DNA of 37,646 nucleotides from Thermosphaera sp. (GTDB lineage Archaea; Thermoproteota; Thermoprotei_A; Sulfolobales; Desulfurococcaceae): NCBI GenBank assembly GCA_020833525.1, contig JAJHRV010000001.1, positions 1 to 37,646 of the forward strand, read 5' to 3'. Shown piece by piece: positions 36,120 to 37,646 of this stretch (position 1 is its first letter; each line of letters starts with the position of its first letter). The notes under the pieces were generated by a model. It saw only the letters and a program-made list of their open reading frames with translations, ran no database searches and was not told where the DNA came from. The position numbers and the translations under genes were made by a program.

Positions 36120-37054
36120 CGTCCATGTGGTTGGAAATATGGTTTTCTAAGCATTGTTACCTCTCTAAAGGCCTTTATGAGCCCATCCTCATTCCTCGAT
36201 TTAACCACATCCACGATCCCCACCTTTAGGTTTTCAACGTATAGACATGGCTTTAAGTATCCATCAGGTGTAAGCCTAATCCTAGTGCACTTAGCGCAGA
36301 AAAAGTAGTTTCCATAACCAATCACCACCTCTACTTTAACCCCAGAATCCAAGACGTAGACAGGTCTATTCTGAAGCTCCCTATAGTACTTCCCCACAGC
36401 CTTCTTCTCCAAGTAGTTGATAATTTGATCTATGGACGCATGCTCTCTCCTATAGACCTCCACGGGTACCCCTAGAGGAATTAACTCAATTACATTCAAA
36501 TCCAACCCCCTAGTCTCAGCGAACCCGAGGATTTTTTGGAACTCATTTATATTAGACCTTAAAGCAAGGTAGTTTAATTTAACTCTAATTCCATACTCAA
36601 GGGCTTTATCAATACCCTTAATAACTCTCTCCAATAGTATTGCTCCACCTGTTATGTATCTATAAACCTCAGGGTTTACTGAGTGGAGGCTAACATTGAC
36701 TCTATCTAATCCCGCATCAGTTAACTCTCTAGCTTTATAAAGTAGTAGAGAGCCGTTTGTAACAAGTGAGATCTCCTCGGCGTATTTCTTAATACTGTGT
36801 ATAATCCTGCCAATATCCCTCCTAACTAGCGGCTCTCCACCGGTTAATTTATAATACTTTATCCCAAGGTCTCTTGCAACACGTGAGATAAAACCATAGT
36901 CCTCGGGGGTAAGCACGTCTCGTGTAGATGTAAAGATGCCCTCTCTATGGCAGAAGATACACTTATAGTTGCAACTAGATGTAACCAGTATCCTTAAACT
37001 ATCAATTCTCCTCCCATACGGATCTATTAGTTGTACTCCTCCATCTATTTTAAT
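36116..37054 (-). CDS. moaA: GTP 3',8-cyclase MoaA (radical SAM); start codon non-canonical or unresolved
   Basis: The track ORF starts at GTG 36916, but the same frame stays open upstream to a TAG at 37063-37061. That stretch encodes LIDPYGRRIDSLRILVTSSCNYKCIFCH, the MoaA N-terminus with the CxxxCxxC cluster. No ATG, GTG or TTG lies in it; AGGAGG (37060-37055) is followed by ATT and ATA codons. Confidence 0.75.
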   Translation of the reverse strand: MKIDGGVQLIDPYGRRIDSLRILVTSSCNYKCIFCHREGIFTSTRDVLTPEDYGFISRVARDLGIKYYKLTGGEPLVRRDIGRIIHSIKKYAEEISLVTNGSLLLYKARELTDAGLDRVNVSLHSVNPEVYRYITGGAILLERVIKGIDKALEYGIRVKLNYLALRSNINEFQKILGFAETRGLDLNVIELIPLGVPVEVYRREHASIDQIINYLEKKAVGKYYRELQNRPVYVLDSGVKVEVVIGYGNYFFCAKCTRIRLTPDGYLKPCLYVENLKVGIVDVVKSRNEDGLIKAFREVTMLRKPYFQPHGR

Positions 37055-37119
37055 CCTCCTCTACCTAGTATCTATAACAAGGTTATTTTTAATTATTACC
37101 AGTATGCGTGACTCAACCC

Positions 37120-37646
37120 ATGAAGCCCAGCATTGAGTGTTTGAGGTGTTTAATAACTACGAGGTTGAGGGAAGTAGAGAGATCTAGATTGGCAGACAGC
37201 GAAAAATTATTCATCGCGAGGAGAGTAGTGGAAGAGATAATTAACAACTTCAACTTCGAAATAGAACTAACGAAGTTCGCTACGTGGATTTACAAGTACC
37301 TAGTATCCATAGCGCCTGATGTAGTCGAGTACTATAGGGAATTAAAATCCGCATCTAATAGAATAGCTTTAAAAGCAATCAAGGAACACGAGGAGTATGC
37401 AGAGGCTTTAAAAGACTTCGAGAAGTTTAAATATCTAGTCAAATTATCCGCGACCGCTAATCTACTAGACTATGGAGTGGCAGAACACTCCCCCATAGAA
37501 AACCCACTACCCCCGGACATTGTAGATAAATACAGTGTTGTAGTCAACCACGTTGATAAATTATATAGTAAAGTCTCTCGAGGAGGACTTAAAATAGCCT
37601 GGCTATTCGACAACGCAGGTGAGGCGGTATATGACTCACTACTACT
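37120..37646 (+). CDS. DUF89/ARMT1-like damage-control phosphatase family protein (partial; runs off the window end)
   Basis: My translation is MKPSIECLRCLITTRLREVE...LFDNAGEAVYDSLLL. It has the N-terminal CxxC and the DNAGE..D motif of DUF89. It is absent from the ORF track because it is open-ended. Confidence 0.65.
   Translation, partial: MKPSIECLRCLITTRLREVERSRLADSEKLFIARRVVEEIINNFNFEIELTKFATWIYKYLVSIAPDVVEYYRELKSASNRIALKAIKEHEEYAEALKDFEKFKYLVKLSATANLLDYGVAEHSPIENPLPPDIVDKYSVVVNHVDKLYSKVSRGGLKIAWLFDNAGEAVYDSLL

Overview
This window looks like a chromosomal segment of a hyperthermophilic crenarchaeon, probably Desulfurococcales-like. The organism call is an inference from several signs: an intron-containing tRNA, BRE/TATA-type promoters, many GTG/TTG starts with 4-nt start/stop overlaps, and a moderately AT-rich genome with very GC-rich RNA genes.

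The dominant theme is ferredoxin-linked energy metabolism.
- Two paralogous four-subunit 2-oxoacid:ferredoxin oxidoreductase operons: delta-alpha-beta-gamma on the minus strand at 1-2598, and gamma-delta-alpha-beta on the plus strand at 5410-8572.
- A HycI-like hydrogenase maturation protease coupled to the second operon.
- A tightly packed 13-gene Mrp-type membrane-bound group 4 [NiFe]-hydrogenase operon (23626-31729, minus strand).
- hypF, and a moaA-moaC-moaD/E molybdopterin operon.

Housekeeping genes lie between these: aRF1, L40e, endonuclease V, a SpeH-type pyruvoyl decarboxylase, tRNA-Glu with an intron, and tRNA-Arg.

The accessory-looking parts are:
1. An orphan three-gene operon of membrane-anchored exoproteins (2850-5157). 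Its first product carries a clan-CD-like His/Cys dyad.
2. A 59% GC structured non-coding island with two copies of a hairpin, downstream of tRNA-Glu (about 11700-12000).
3. A 1389-aa pyrolysin-like S8 protease.
4. An ORF-poor 2 kb stretch next to tRNA-Arg, bounded by a tRNA-Arg 3'-end-like fragment. This may be a decayed integrated element.
5. A large protein with a type IV pilin-like signal.

Two genes are interrupted by single-nucleotide frameshifts inside homopolymer runs. moaA has no canonical start codon upstream of its radical-SAM motif. No CRISPR array, IS element or rRNA was seen.
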